Assembly (NCBI RefSeq): GCF_006345805.1
Contig: NC_043026.1
Span: forward strand, 13,185,579 to 13,249,578
Direction: 5' to 3'
Source of the DNA: Octopus sinensis
Lineage: Eukaryota
DNA: 64,000 nucleotides
Shown here: positions 22,675 through 34,350 of the stretch, one piece after another
Position numbering within the stretch: the first letter of the stretch is position 1
Layout of the letters: the number at the start of each line of letters is the position of its first letter
Notes under the pieces: generated by a model
Seen by the model: only the letters and a program-made list of their open reading frames with translations
The model's database searches: none
Told to the model about the DNA's origin: nothing
Program-made: the position numbers and the translations under genes

Positions 22675-23526
22675 ATGGAAATTAAATTGTGTGAGAAGAA
22701 AGATGGATTTAAAACACAATCTAACGACATTGGTTTTCCTGATGATATAAGGAAAGACAAAAAAGGAACACCTTATCATTGTGATATATGTGATAAATCA
22801 TTCTCTGCGAAATGCCACCTCAATAAACACAAACTTACTCATACAGGAGAGAGACCACATCGTTGCGATATCTGTGGTAAATCATTTTCTCATAACCGGC
22901 ATTTAATTGTTCACATGCGTGTTCATACTGGAGAGAAACCGTATCACTGTGATATCTGTGACGAATCATTCTCTGCTGTATGCCACTTTAATAAACACAA
23001 ATGTTTTCATCCCGGAAGGAGACCACATCAGTGTGATATCTGTGGTAAATCATTCTCTCTTAAGTGTAATTTGACTATTCACATACGCATTCATACTGGA
23101 GAGAAACCGTATCACTGTGATGTCTGTGGCAAATCTTTCTCCGTCGGAAGCAGCTTGACTAAACACAAACGTATTCATACAGGAGAGAAACCATTCCACT
23201 GCGATCTCTGCAGGAAATCATTCTCTGGCAGTAGCGACTTGACTCAACATAAACGCTTTCATACAGGTGAAAAACCATATCAGTGTGATATCTGTAGTAA
23301 ATCATTCTCACAAAGTTCACACTTGACTGTACACAGACGTATTCACACTGGAGAAAAACCATATCAGTGTGATATCTGTGGTAAATCATTCTCTGAAAGT
23401 AGTCCCTTAACTCAACATAAACGTGTTCATACAGGAGAGAAACCATATCACTGTGATATCTGTGACAAATCCTTCACTGCAATACGTAGTTTAACTAAAC
23501 ATAGAGATAGTCACACAGGGGAATAA
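22675..23526 (+). CDS. C2H2 zinc-finger protein, gene 4 (283 aa, 9 fingers)
   Basis: Nine fingers; acceptor AG at 22544-22545; AATAAA near 24002. Confidence 0.93.
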   Translation: MEIKLCEKKDGFKTQSNDIGFPDDIRKDKKGTPYHCDICDKSFSAKCHLNKHKLTHTGERPHRCDICGKSFSHNRHLIVHMRVHTGEKPYHCDICDESFSAVCHFNKHKCFHPGRRPHQCDICGKSFSLKCNLTIHIRIHTGEKPYHCDVCGKSFSVGSSLTKHKRIHTGEKPFHCDLCRKSFSGSSDLTQHKRFHTGEKPYQCDICSKSFSQSSHLTVHRRIHTGEKPYQCDICGKSFSESSPLTQHKRVHTGEKPYHCDICDKSFTAIRSLTKHRDSHTGE

Positions 23527-23582
23527 CCATATTTGTGTGATATCTGTGGTAAATCTTTCTCTGAAAATTGTCTATTAACTCT

Positions 23583-23773
23583 GGGCTTTCTCCGTCCGGG
23601 TTGCGGATCCATGGAATAAGCTGCCGGACAAGATAGTGAAGATGCTGACGACCGCTCGGTTCAAATTCTCTCTTGACCAGAAATGGCCTGAACTCTTTGC
23701 ATGAACACACTCCCCGTACATAACTACATGGCCTTGCTTTTTGCTTTTTGAGCCAAAAAATTTAACTTAACTA
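23583..23773 (+). mobile_element. 5'-truncated CR1-like LINE with TAAC tail, inserted in the post-stop finger remnant of gene 4
   Basis: FSVRVADPWNKLP coding sequence; same family as 30920-31420. Confidence 0.8.
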
Positions 23774-24075
23774 TGTTCATACATGAGAGAAACCCTCTCA
23801 CTTTAATGTCTGTAATAAACTAGTCATACTGACATCCAGTATGGTGGGTGTGGAGTGAAGAGGAGAAAATTATCAATATGAGCTTTTTTCTGGGGTGTGT
23901 GACCATTGGTCCTCCCCTTCCATCTAGTTCTGTTTCATAGCATGCCATACACTTTCTCTTGCATTTTCTGTTTCATTTTTCCTTGTAATTAAAATACGAT
24001 AAATAAAATTGTTTCAAGTGTGAGCATGACAGAAACTCTAATATAATTTCAAGATGTAGTCTCTTGTGATTGTTT

Positions 24076-24272
24076 CTCTTTTTTACTCTTCTACTTGTTT
24101 CAGTCATTTGACTGCGGCCATGCTGGAGCAACGCCTTTAGTCGAGCAAATCGACCCCGGGACTTATTCTTTGTAAGACCAGTACTTACTCTATCGGTCAC
24201 TTTTGCCGAACCACTAAGTAATGGGAACATAAGCACACCAGCATCGGTTGTCAAGCAGTGCTAGGGGGACAA

Positions 24273-24321
<49 letters not shown>

Positions 24322-24484
24322 CGACAAGCTTCTTTCAGTTTCCGTCTACCAAATCCACTCACAAGGCATTGGTCAGCCCGGGGCTATAGCAGAAGACACT
24401 TACCCAAGGTGCCACACAGTGGGACCAAACCCGGAACCATGTGGTTGGTAAACAAGCTACTTACCACACAGCCACACCTGCGCC
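24076..24484 (-). mobile_element. Family C SINE
   Basis: Reverse-complement match to family C. Confidence 0.85.
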
Positions 24485-24961
24485 TATATACACTTTATTT
24501 CACGTTGCTCCAGTTCACTCAGCTGTAGAAATGAGTTGCGGCGTCACAGGTGCCAAGCTGTATCGGCCCCTTTGCCTTTCCCTTGGATAAAACTGGTGGC
24601 GTGGAGAGGGGAGGCCGGTATGCATGGGCGGCTGCATAAGTAAATTTATTTCCAGCCGACTATAACAAGCAAAAAGAATTGCTCTCTTTTCTTCTTTGAA
24701 GGAAAACTTCTTCCTATAGGGACACGGATTTGGAACTTCTGCCTCTTGTGAGGTAAGTACCCCTTTTCATTTGTTTAATTTCCTGTAATTCAATGTAACG
24801 TCTGAGTTAGGACCTCGTCTCTGTTTACATTCTGTTAATAATCTTTCAATTTCTGTTTCAGCACCTGCTTCGCTTTTATCAATTTCTCTCTACATCTCTT
24901 TAAAATTATTCAATTTTAGATAGGTATATATTTATTTGTTGCTTTATTTATCTATATATAT

Positions 24962-25490
24962 ATATCCGTTCGTGTCCGTTGCCAGCCTCGGCTGGCCCCC
25001 GTGCCGGTGACAAGTAAAAGCACCGTCAGCTCGTGGCCGTTTGCCATCTCTTTCTGGCAACCGTGTCAGTGGCACGTAAAAGCACCATCCGTTCACGTCC
25101 GTTGCTGGCCCCCGTGCCGGTGACACGTAAAAGCACCGTCCGTTCGTGGCCGTTTGCCAGCTCTGTCTGGCCCCATGTCGGTGGCACGTAAAAGCACCAT
25201 CCGTTCGTGTCCGTTGCCAGCATCGCCTGGCCCCGTGCCGGTGACACGTAAAAGCACCATCCGTTCGTGGCCGTTCACCAGCTCTGTATGGCACCTGTGC
25301 AGGTGGCACGTAAAAAACACCCACTACACTCGCGGAGTGGTTGGCGTTAGGAAGGGCATCCAGCCGTAGAAACACTGCCAGATCTGACTGGGCCTGACGA
25401 AGCCTTCCAGCTTCACAGACCCCAGTTGACCAGTCCAACCCATGCTAGCATGGAAAGCGGACGCTAAACGATGATGATGATGATGATGAT
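24962..25490 (+). mobile_element. Family M repeat with ~6 minisatellite units
   Basis: About six 60-bp units, then core and (GAT)n. Confidence 0.8.
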
Positions 25491-25493
25491 ATA

Positions 25494-25892
25494 GGCGCAG
25501 GAGTGGCTGTGTGGTAAGTAGCTTGCTTACCAACCACATGGTTCCGGGTTCAGTCCCACTGCGTGGCATCTTGGGCAAGTGTCTTCAACTATAGCCTCGG
25601 GCCAACCAAAGCCTTGTGAGTGGATTTGATAGACGGAAACTGAAAGAAGCCCGTCGTATATATGTATGTATATATATATGTGTGTGTGTGTGTGTGTATG
25701 TGTTTGTCCCCCTAGCATTGCTTGACAACCGATGCTGGTGTGTTTATGTCCCCGTTACTTAATGGTTTGGCAAAAGAGACCGATAGAATAAATACTGGGC
25801 TTACAAAGAATAAGTCCCGGGATCGATTTGTTCGACTAAAGGCGGTGCTCCAGCATGGCCACAGTCAAATGACTGAAACAAGTAAAAGAGTA
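25494..25892 (+). mobile_element. Family C SINE
   Basis: Full-length match. Confidence 0.85.
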
Positions 25893-26166
25893 TATTTACT
25901 CAGCCTCTCAATCTTCCTAAATATATAGACGCGAACATTAGAAATATAGTCGTAATTAGTTTAGAAGAAAACTTTCGTAGCTGCAGATAGATATATATTT
26001 ATTTGTTGCATAACCTCCTCTCTTTCATTTCTCTCTCTCTCTGTCTCTTCACTTCTCTCTGTCACACCATCTTTCCTCTCTCAGCCTCTCAATCTTTCTA
26101 AATATATAGACGCGAACTTTCTCCTCTCACTCTCTCTCTTACTCTCTTTTTATCTTCTCTCAGCTC

Positions 26167-26520
26167 TCATCATCATCGTTCATCGTTTAGCGTCCGCTTT
26201 CCATGCTAGCATGGGTTGGACGGTTCCACTGGGGTCTGGGAAGCCAGAAGGCTGCACCAGGCACCAGTCTGATCTGGCAATGTTTCTACAGCTGGATGCC
26301 CTTCCTAACGCCAACCACTCCGTGAATGTAGTGGGTGCTTTTTACGTGCCACTGATACAGGTGCCAGACGAGGCTGGCAAACGGCCACAATCGGATGGCG
26401 CTTTTTACGTGCCACCAGCATGGGGGCCAAGCAAGGCTGGCAACAGCCACGTTCGGATGGTGCTTTTTATGTGCCACCACCACGAGGCCGGTCGGGGCGG
26501 TGCTGGCAACGGCCACACAT
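26167..26520 (-). mobile_element. Family M repeat
   Basis: catcatcgtttagcgtccgctttcc... reverse orientation. Confidence 0.75.
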
Positions 26521-26614
26521 AGACATTTTCTTTCTCTATTTCTTCTCCACCCTCTATCACACTGTTAAATCTTAAATATAATTAGATAGATAAATAAATA
26601 AAATATCCAAAAAA

Positions 26615-28150
26615 ATGTCTAGAACCTTGAGGAGCATGGAATTGGCATTGTGCTGACGGAGATAATCCGAACAACATAATTACAGCTGCGCTGAAGAGCA
26701 ATGGTTACACAAGGACGTTAGCACAGATAGAGCGAAAGACACCACCTGCCCCAAAGCGGAGGTACGCAGATGTAGTGCGTGTTACAAACCATCAACATGT
26801 TATTGAAAGAGCAGCTGCTGAACAAGAATCTTTTTTGTGCATGGCACAAAAGATTGTGCAGCAGCTAACCTGGCTCCCTCAAACTCAAACTCACAGATGG
26901 GACTATCCACAATACCCAAGACTGCTACAGCAAATAGACCCAAGCTGGACACGACTAGCAACAACACACACATCACCTTGATGCCCCTACTGAACATCAG
27001 AGGACTGCTAACACTCAGTAACAGGACAAAAATCCCTTTCTTGAGAGACCTTGTTGCATGCAATCAAGCCTTATGCATAGCACTTACAGAAACACTCCTG
27101 AAACCGGACATAGCAGATGTGGAAATACACATACCACAGTATGTTGTATTACGGACCGATACAAAAGAAAGGAGTCATGGAGGAGTTGCTATGTACATCC
27201 GCGAGGACCTCACACCCCAGGTCCTTTTGTCATACTCAAATTCGGTGTGTGACACACTAATTGTATATATAAGGCAACTTGGTGTAGTTATATGTGCTAC
27301 ATATCGCCCTCCAGATGCTCCAAGCCATGTAGGCAAATTTGAAGACTGCCTTATAAAAATAGAAGTTCTAGTCACATTAGAACAACATAAGTGTACTTCT
27401 TATGGGAGATTTCAATCTGCCCAATGTCAGATGGCTCAAGGGCCTCTCTCTTCCACGAATGACATGATGCGAACGAGGACAGGCGAGGTCCCTCCTGAAC
27501 CACATCAACACTCTGTACATGGAGCAAGTAATACCCCAACCAACCAGGGCAGGTAACACACTGGATCTCTGCTTCACAAATAATATAGATCTCATCCATA
27601 ATGTGAAAGTGACACCGACACTACTCTCGGATCACAACATGGTAGAGTTGACCATGTACGGGCCAAAGGAAAGCATGGACATGCAGTCTACAAGAAACTC
27701 TCAGAATCTTTCCAGCTTGAACTTCCATAAGGCAAACTGGAAACAAATTGAGAAAGAGATCCTCAAACAAAACTGGCCTGAATGTCTCTCCTTGCCAGAC
27801 ATCGACATGAAACGTCAACAATTCATGTCTGTAATGCAAGCCATATGCTACAAATGTGTCCCAGAGAGAGGAAAATTCTTATGAGACGGCGTACAAAAGT
27901 TTCAAATCACCTAAACAAACAAATTGAAAGCAGTGAAAAGTCCCGCCTGAAAATAAAACTGTTGGAAATTGAAAATTGTCTGCAACTCTCCCATGATAAA
28001 GAAAGAGCAGACAAAGAAGCCTGGGCTATAGACAACATAAAATCTAACCCCAGAGCTTTCTACAAGTTTGCCAAAGAAACAGCTACAGTGCACTGTAGGA
28101 TAGGGCCACACCTTGAAAAAGATGGTACACTCACAGGAAATCCAATGATT
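26615..28150 (+). mobile_element. CR1-clade LINE 5' half: probable ORF1 remnant plus frameshifted APE endonuclease, truncated before RT
   Basis: LNIRG, LTET, RTD...GGVAMY, YRPP, GDFN (ggagatttcaat), TRAGNTLDL and SDH motifs over three frames. Confidence 0.8.
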
Positions 28151-28431
28151 TAAAGCTTTCCCTAATTATCAATCTCCTGTCTGCATCCTGGTTAGTTTAT
28201 TGCTATATATCATGGTGTTTATTTCATTTGTTCCCTACATGTGTTTCGCCATTGTGGTTTCTTGGAATTTCACCAGTAAATGCTCCAAGTGCAAAGGGGT
28301 GCTTAACCACAACGGGTCATCAGGGAAACACTATACTGCAACTGTGTTACAAAGAACTGAAGTCTGAAGTTGGATGTCAAGGTGGATGTCAAGACATTTT
28401 ACAAGTATTCAGAGATTAGAATAGAAAAAAA

Positions 28432-29090
28432 TTAACCCTTTCGTTACCATATTTCTGTTGAGATGCTCTGTGTTTCTTTCAATTGATTATAAATATAACA
28501 AAGAATTTAGTAGAATAACTTTATTACCATTCAGCTAGTGTTAGAATCATAAATTATAACAAAATATAACAAAGAATTTAGTAAAATAACTTCGTTATCA
28601 TAGGCAGATGAACGTTAGAAGCAGTTGAAAGGGTGTGGACAGTAGGAAATTTAGGCTATTATTTCTAGGACATAGAGTGACCACATTGAGGTCTCCTCTC
28701 ATGTCTTCTGCTGGTTACCATATTTCTGTTGAGATGCTCTGTGTTTCTTTCAATTAATTATAAATATAACAAAGAATTTAGTAAAATAACTTAGTTATCA
28801 TAGGCAGATGGACATTAGAAGCAGTTGAAAGGGTGTGGATTTAAGGAAATTTAGGCTATTAATTCTAGCATATAGAGTGACCTTATTGAGGTCTCCTTCT
28901 CTCATGTCTTCTGCTGATTATTTTTCTTCTTAACCCTTTTGTTACCATATTTCTGTTGAGATGCTCTGTGTTTCTTTCAATTAATTATAAATATAACAAA
29001 GAATTTAGTAAAATAACTTTATTACCATTCAGCTAGTGTTAGAATCATAAATTATAACAAAATATAACAAAGAATTTAGTAAAATAACTT
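28432..29090. repeat. Interleaved tandem fragments of a TTAA-CCC piggyBac-type MITE and a duplicated ~110-bp spacer
   Basis: ttaaccctttcgttaccatatttctgttgagatgctc repeated 3x; cataggcagatg... repeated 2x. Confidence 0.65.
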
Positions 29091-29186
29091 GGAGGAGGTG
29101 GCTTTGTTCCAGGTAATAAGTGTGAACTAATAAAGTGTGTGTGTATGTATGTATATATATATATATAATATATATATACACACACA

Positions 29187-29740
29187 CACAGACATGCAGG
29201 AAGTAAATAGACAACTTCAATTTTCAAAATTTCTGATCTAAGCATCTTAATATGTTTTCAGCAGTGTAGAATTTACAATGTAATTATTCTTTTTCATTCC
29301 AGGTGCCATTATATTAAACATTTGTGAAGAGTAACCATGCCATGCACAAAAAATTCAGCACAACTGTCAGATTTTCAAAGAGGTCGTATTGTTGGGCGAG
29401 CTGAGGCTGGTCTTAGCCAGCGAAAAATTGCCGAAAATCTTCAAATTCGTCTTGCTACTGTTAATAGAATTATAGTGCAATTCAAAAGCCCCGGCAGCCG
29501 AACTGGGCCCTCGGAAAGGAAGCTTCGCTGTGTGAAAAGAATTGTGGAAAATGAACCCTGTTCGAAGGCTTCTGACATTGCAAAACAGCTAGAAGTTAAT
29601 CCAAGAACGTGTGTTACATATCTGCATAAGCTTGGGTATTATGGACGAGCAGCTAGAAGAAAACCTCTCCTTCAACCAATTAATATCAAATAAAAGATTT
29701 TGAAAATTAAAGGTGTCTATTTACTTCCTGCATGTCTGTG
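29187..29740 (+). mobile_element. Internally deleted Tc1-like element with ~45-bp TIRs (transposase HTH at 29337-29693)
   Basis: TIR cacagacatgcaggaagtaaatagaca / tgtctatttacttcctgcatgtctgtg(ta); LSDFQRGRIVG...LSQRKIA...GYYGRAARRKPLL. Confidence 0.85.
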
Positions 29741-29862
29741 TATATATCCTTGTTCCAGGTAATAAAAGTTTGAACTAATAAAGTGTGTGTATATATATAT
29801 ATGTAAAAGAAAAAAAAAATTGTACTTAGTAAGAATTGAACTTCCTCTGTGTAGTTTCCTTC

Positions 29863-30258
29863 TCTATCCCAGCAAAAGTTCAACCATCAAAATAGGTTTA
29901 AATATCTCATAAATACCTCTGCTATTGGGCCCCTGCCAGGTGGGGGAGTGGATTAGGATGTTGGACCTGAGAGCTGGGGGATCCAGGTTCAATATCTGTT
30001 CAAGGGTGGCAGAGATCCTGGGTCTAGGTAGATAGCTTTTTACATTTTTTAAAATTCGTCTTTAAAAAAAAAGTATAAAAAGCTACCTACCTGGACCCAG
30101 GATCTCTACAACCCTTCAACAGGTATTGAACCTCTATCCCCCCCAGCTCTCCAGTCCAACACCCTTATCCACTTCCCCACCTGGCAGGGGCCCAATAGTG
30201 AAGGTGTTTATGAGATATTTAAACCTATTTTCATGGTTGAATTTTTTGCTGGGATAGA
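29863..30258. repeat. ~400-bp foldback palindrome (MITE-like)
   Basis: Arms 29863-30050 and 30063-30258 are reverse complements with scattered mismatches. Confidence 0.85.
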
Positions 30259-30564
30259 TTTAAGTATCTGAGTTTTTAATAGCTTTAGTGTGGGTGGCTT
30301 GATGGTTGTGTGGGTAAGCACAGGAAAAAAAAATACCAGCTTTAGAAATTTTTTTAAAATGTAGACAGTGAGTTCAATTCTTTCTTAGCTCTCACAATTT
30401 TTTTTTTTTATACACACACACACACATACTAGCTTTAGAAAATTTTTCAATGTAGACAGAGTGGGTTCAATTCTTTCTTAGCACTCACAATTTTTTTTTA
30501 TTTTTTATATACACACACACACACACTTTATTAGTACATATATCTTTTAAGTCATTTTAAACAC

Positions 30565-30900
30565 AGGGCGAATCCTGAAAAGTTCTTGGCTTTGAGGGTA
30601 GTGCTGTTACCACCACAGTACAAGTTACACAAAAATTAAAAATCATGATGGTATACAATATCTTTCTCTTTGTTGCAGATTTAACACATAATGGCAACTT
30701 CTCCAATAGATTTTGGTAAAATTAAAGCACGGGTGGTCACGATGTTCTTTTTTCAAGGCAAAGGAACAACAGAAATCCATGGCAAGACGAAGGAAGTCTT
30801 GAAGGATGGTTGTCCATCTTACTCCACAGTGAAAATCTTGGCATCGAGGTAACAGACTGGTCATTTTGACACCACAGATGACCCCTAGTCAGCTTTCACA
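30565..30900 (+). mobile_element. Mariner transposase N-terminal HTH fragment
   Basis: KIKARVVTMFFFQGKGTTEIHG...CPSYSTVK; terminus ...ctgaaaagttcttggct. Confidence 0.6.
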
Positions 30901-30919
30901 ATTGCAGAGGATAAAGATG

Positions 30920-31420
30920 TTAGTTAGTTAGTTAATTTGGCTCAAAAGCAAATAGCAAGGCCATGTAGGGGGACATGGAGTTAAGTACAGGGTGGTGTTC
31001 ATGTAAAGAGTTCAGACCACTTGAGGTCAAGGGAGGCTTTGAACAAAGCGGTCATCGGCATCTTCACCATCTCGTCTGGCAGCTTATTCCATGGATCCGC
31101 AACCCGGACGGAGAAAGCTCCTCTCCTTCGATTGAGATGAAATCGTCGCAGGTAGAGCTTTTCGGAATGACCCCGCAGCCGACGCCCTGGAGCAGGAGTG
31201 AAGAACAGCTCTTTCGAGAGGTTACACTTTCCGCTTATGATGCTGTGGGGGAGAATGAGATCACCACGGCGGCAGCGTTTTTTAAGAGAATAAAGGTCGA
31301 GCGTCCTCAGCCTTTCTTCATAGTACAAATTTTTGAGACCGTGAACCATGCGAGTAGCCAGCTTCTGGACTCTTTCGAGATGATTCAGTGCACGTCATAA
31401 TTCTCAAGGACTGACAGATT
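30920..31420 (-). mobile_element. CR1-like LINE 3' fragment with (TAAC)n tail
   Basis: YEERLRTLDLYSLKKRCRRGDLI...LRGHSEKL...FSVRVADPWNKLP. Confidence 0.85.
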
Positions 31421-31668
31421 TCAGCTGATGCCATTAGCTGAGACTCTGATAATTTCCTGCAAAAGACTTTGCCATATCATCCACAATATTCCTTTCTTAT
31501 CATTCTCTCTCCCTTTTGTTTTTCCTCTTAATCCTCTCAATCAATGAGCGGTAGGCTCAAAACATAAGAGGGATTTCCATTCTCCCTGAGCGTTAAACTA
31601 ATACACCTGCTTGTTGTTCCCTTCACCTGCCTTTGTCTTGTTTTCTGTGAATATAAACTATATATATA

Positions 31669-31799
31669 CAGGGTGTCCCAAAAAAATGTATACACATAGT
31701 GGTTCGGCAAAAGAGAACGATAAAATAAGTACTAGGCTTACAACGAATAACAAATTTACAATTATTTAAGGTGTGTATACATTTTTTTGGGACACCCTG
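31669..31799. mobile_element. 131-bp Tc1/mariner-type MITE with TA flanks and a captured SINE fragment
   Basis: TIR cagggtgtcccaaaaaaatgtatacac / gtgtatacatttttttgggacaccctg. Confidence 0.85.
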
Positions 31800-31967
31800 T
31801 ATATATAAATTAAATTAGAGATAAAACCACTATTAGGCAAATCAAACATAAAAATAAAAATAATATAATAAATAAAATTTAAATTATTAATTTATATTTA
31901 TTTAATTTTTTTTTATAATTATATATAACTATCAAAATGTATTAAAAAGTTTATTATAAGATAAGTA

Positions 31968-32075
31968 AAACCACTACGTACGTTTCATGGCCATAACCTA
32001 ATTCGAATTACAATAATTTAATTTAAATTCAATTATGAATTTGAATTATGGTTATAGTCAATCTTCAGGTTAATG
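31968..32075 (-). ncRNA. Candidate minimal type I hammerhead ribozyme (degenerate)
   Basis: CTGAAGA (32068-32062), long stem II, GAAAC (31986-31982), palindromic ACGTACGT stem III, GTA triplet; stem I weak. Confidence 0.5.
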
Positions 32076-32318
32076 ATAATAGTTAAATAAATAAGCAAAT
32101 ATATTTAAACAATATTTTTTAAGAAATAAATAAAATAATAATTTTTCTTATAAAAAATTTATTATCAAACTAGAAACTTTAATGATTATGATTATGTCAT
32201 ACAATCCAATTATAATGTTAAATATTAATTTTTAAGGTAAAGATAGATAGAAAATGTATTCAGATATAATATGGCTTAAAAAAACATAAGCTCACGAATA
32301 ACCTAATCTCAGTTATAG

Positions 32319-32349
<31 letters not shown>

Positions 32350-32351
<2 letters not shown>

Positions 32352-32731
32352 CGCAGGAGTGGCTGTGTGGTAAGTAGCTTGATTACCAACCACATGGTTC
32401 CAGGTTCAGTCCCACTGCGTGGCAACTTGGGCAAGTGTCTTCTACTATAGCCTCAGGCTGACCAAAGCCTTGTGAGTGGATTTGGTAGACGGAAACTGAA
32501 AGAAGCCCGTCGTATATATGTATATATATATATATATATGTGTTTGTCCCCCTAGCATCGCTTGACAACCTATGCTGGTGTGCTTATGTCTCCGTTACTT
32601 AGTGGTTTGGCAAAAGAAACCGACAGAATAAGTACTGGGCTTACAAAAGAATAAGTCCCAGGGTCGAGTTGCTCGATTAAAGGCGGTGCTCCAGCATGGC
32701 CGCAGTCAAATGACTGAAACAAGTAAGAGAG
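32350..32731 (+). mobile_element. Family C SINE
   Basis: Full-length match. Confidence 0.85.
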
Positions 32732-32749
32732 ATATATACTGTCTCACGA

Positions 32750-33812
32750 GCCCACACTCTCAATGTTGGCTCACTGAAAGGTAGGTCTGGTGAGATTGTT
32801 GAGATGCTTGAACGGAGATGTGTTGATATGTGCTGCATCCAAGAAGTTAGGTGGAGAGTAGGTTCCTCACAGGCAAGAACACTGGTGCAGCAGCATAATA
32901 GTCAACTGCTACAAAGGTGGGCTTTAGATACAAATAATTACAGAGGTATCAAGCTGTTGGATCAGGTAATGAAGATCACAGAGAGGGTCATAGCCCAACT
33001 AATTAGGCAGAGAGTCAGTTTGGTTTCATACCAGGGAAAAGCACCACTGATGCTATATTTCTAGTAAGACAGCTGCAGGAGAAATACCTAGCCAAAGATA
33101 AGCCCCTGTACATTGCTTTCGTTGACATGGAGAAAGCCTTTGATCCCCGATCCCTTATCTGGTGGTCAAAGAGAAAACTAGGATAGATGAATGGTTAGTG
33201 AGAGCCATGTACAGGGACGTTGTCAGTAAGGTGAGGGTTGGCAATGAGTACAGTGAAGAATTCTGGGTAGAGGTTGGGGTCCACCAAGATTCAGTCCTCA
33301 ACCCCATCCTATTTATCATAGTCCTCCAGGCAATAACAGAGGAATTCAAGACAAGATGACCTTGCTCTAATTGCTGAGTCACTATCAGAACTAGAGGAGA
33401 AGTTTTAAGTGTGGAAACCAGGATTAGAATCGAAGGGCCTAAGAGTCAACCTAGCTAAAACCAAAGTCCTAATAAGTAGGGAGGCAGGCAAACCACAAAT
33501 CCCTTCAGGTAGAAATTCTATAAGATGTACCCAGTGTAAGCTATGGACACATAAGAGGTGCAGCAATATCAAAGGAAGGCTAATGGGGAAGATAGTTTTT
33601 GTATGTGGCAAGTGCTTAGGTGCTATAAACACTGAAAATGTGCAGAGAACACCTTCTGCCATATTCCAAGGAGAAAAACTAGAAGTAGTTGATAGCTTCC
33701 GTTACCTAGGTGACCAAGTCAGTAGCGGGGGAGGGTGCGCTGAAAGTGTACCTGCTAGAATAAGAATAGCTTGTGCTAAGTTCAGAGAGCTTTTACCTCT
33801 GCTGGTGACAGT
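32750..33812 (+). mobile_element. Internally deleted RTE-clade LINE (APE start, RT, Cys-rich insert)
   Basis: VDMCCIQEVRW; NYRGIKLL; FVDMEKAFD; GVHQDSVLNP; DDLALIAES (YA deleted); FRYLGD. Confidence 0.85.
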
Positions 33813-34350
33813 TTTTGATGGAGTGAGAGAGCAGTGCATGCCATCAAATGACACTGGGGTAAAATATACGAAGCCCAGTAGACCCATCATGACTACCCAT
33901 CTGATAAGGGTGCACCAGGCACATGCATCACAACCATATGTGCGCAACATGGTGATCTCATATCAAGATAAACAGCACATGACCTTGCAGGTGGGGCCCA
34001 GTTAGAATTTTCTTCTGGTCAAGTAACACATCCCGCTCAAAAGGTCCCTGGATAAGGGTTGTTTAAGGATGTTAAACGAAACACCCATGTTTCCAGAGGT
34101 GAATTATTCAAACTCCAAAGAATCCTTCTCAACACATGGCTATGATGCTCTCCCACTACTTCTGCTCATGATCAGAGATGCACATATTGTCAGCCACCAA
34201 GGGACATTCTCAACTGGTTAAAGTCAAAAAAGTGACAAGCATATCTGTGGTATTGAGCAGAATATTTGCTGTAGCCCATCTTTTATACCAAAACAAAACA
34301 ATGTACATGATAACACTTCCAATCTATTATTATTATAATTACATCATTAT

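Larger units (their letters stand above)
31440..32335. mobile_element. Probable Penelope-like element remnants (AT-rich, carrying hammerhead-like motifs)
   Basis: Hammerhead core at 31968-32075 (-) and a decayed one near 31530-31575 (+); Penelope assignment is inference from the known PLE-hammerhead association. Confidence 0.45.

Noticed and set aside
26837-27884. Cellular AP endonuclease gene
   Set aside because: Frameshifted, intronless, with CR1-type motifs; retroelement origin.
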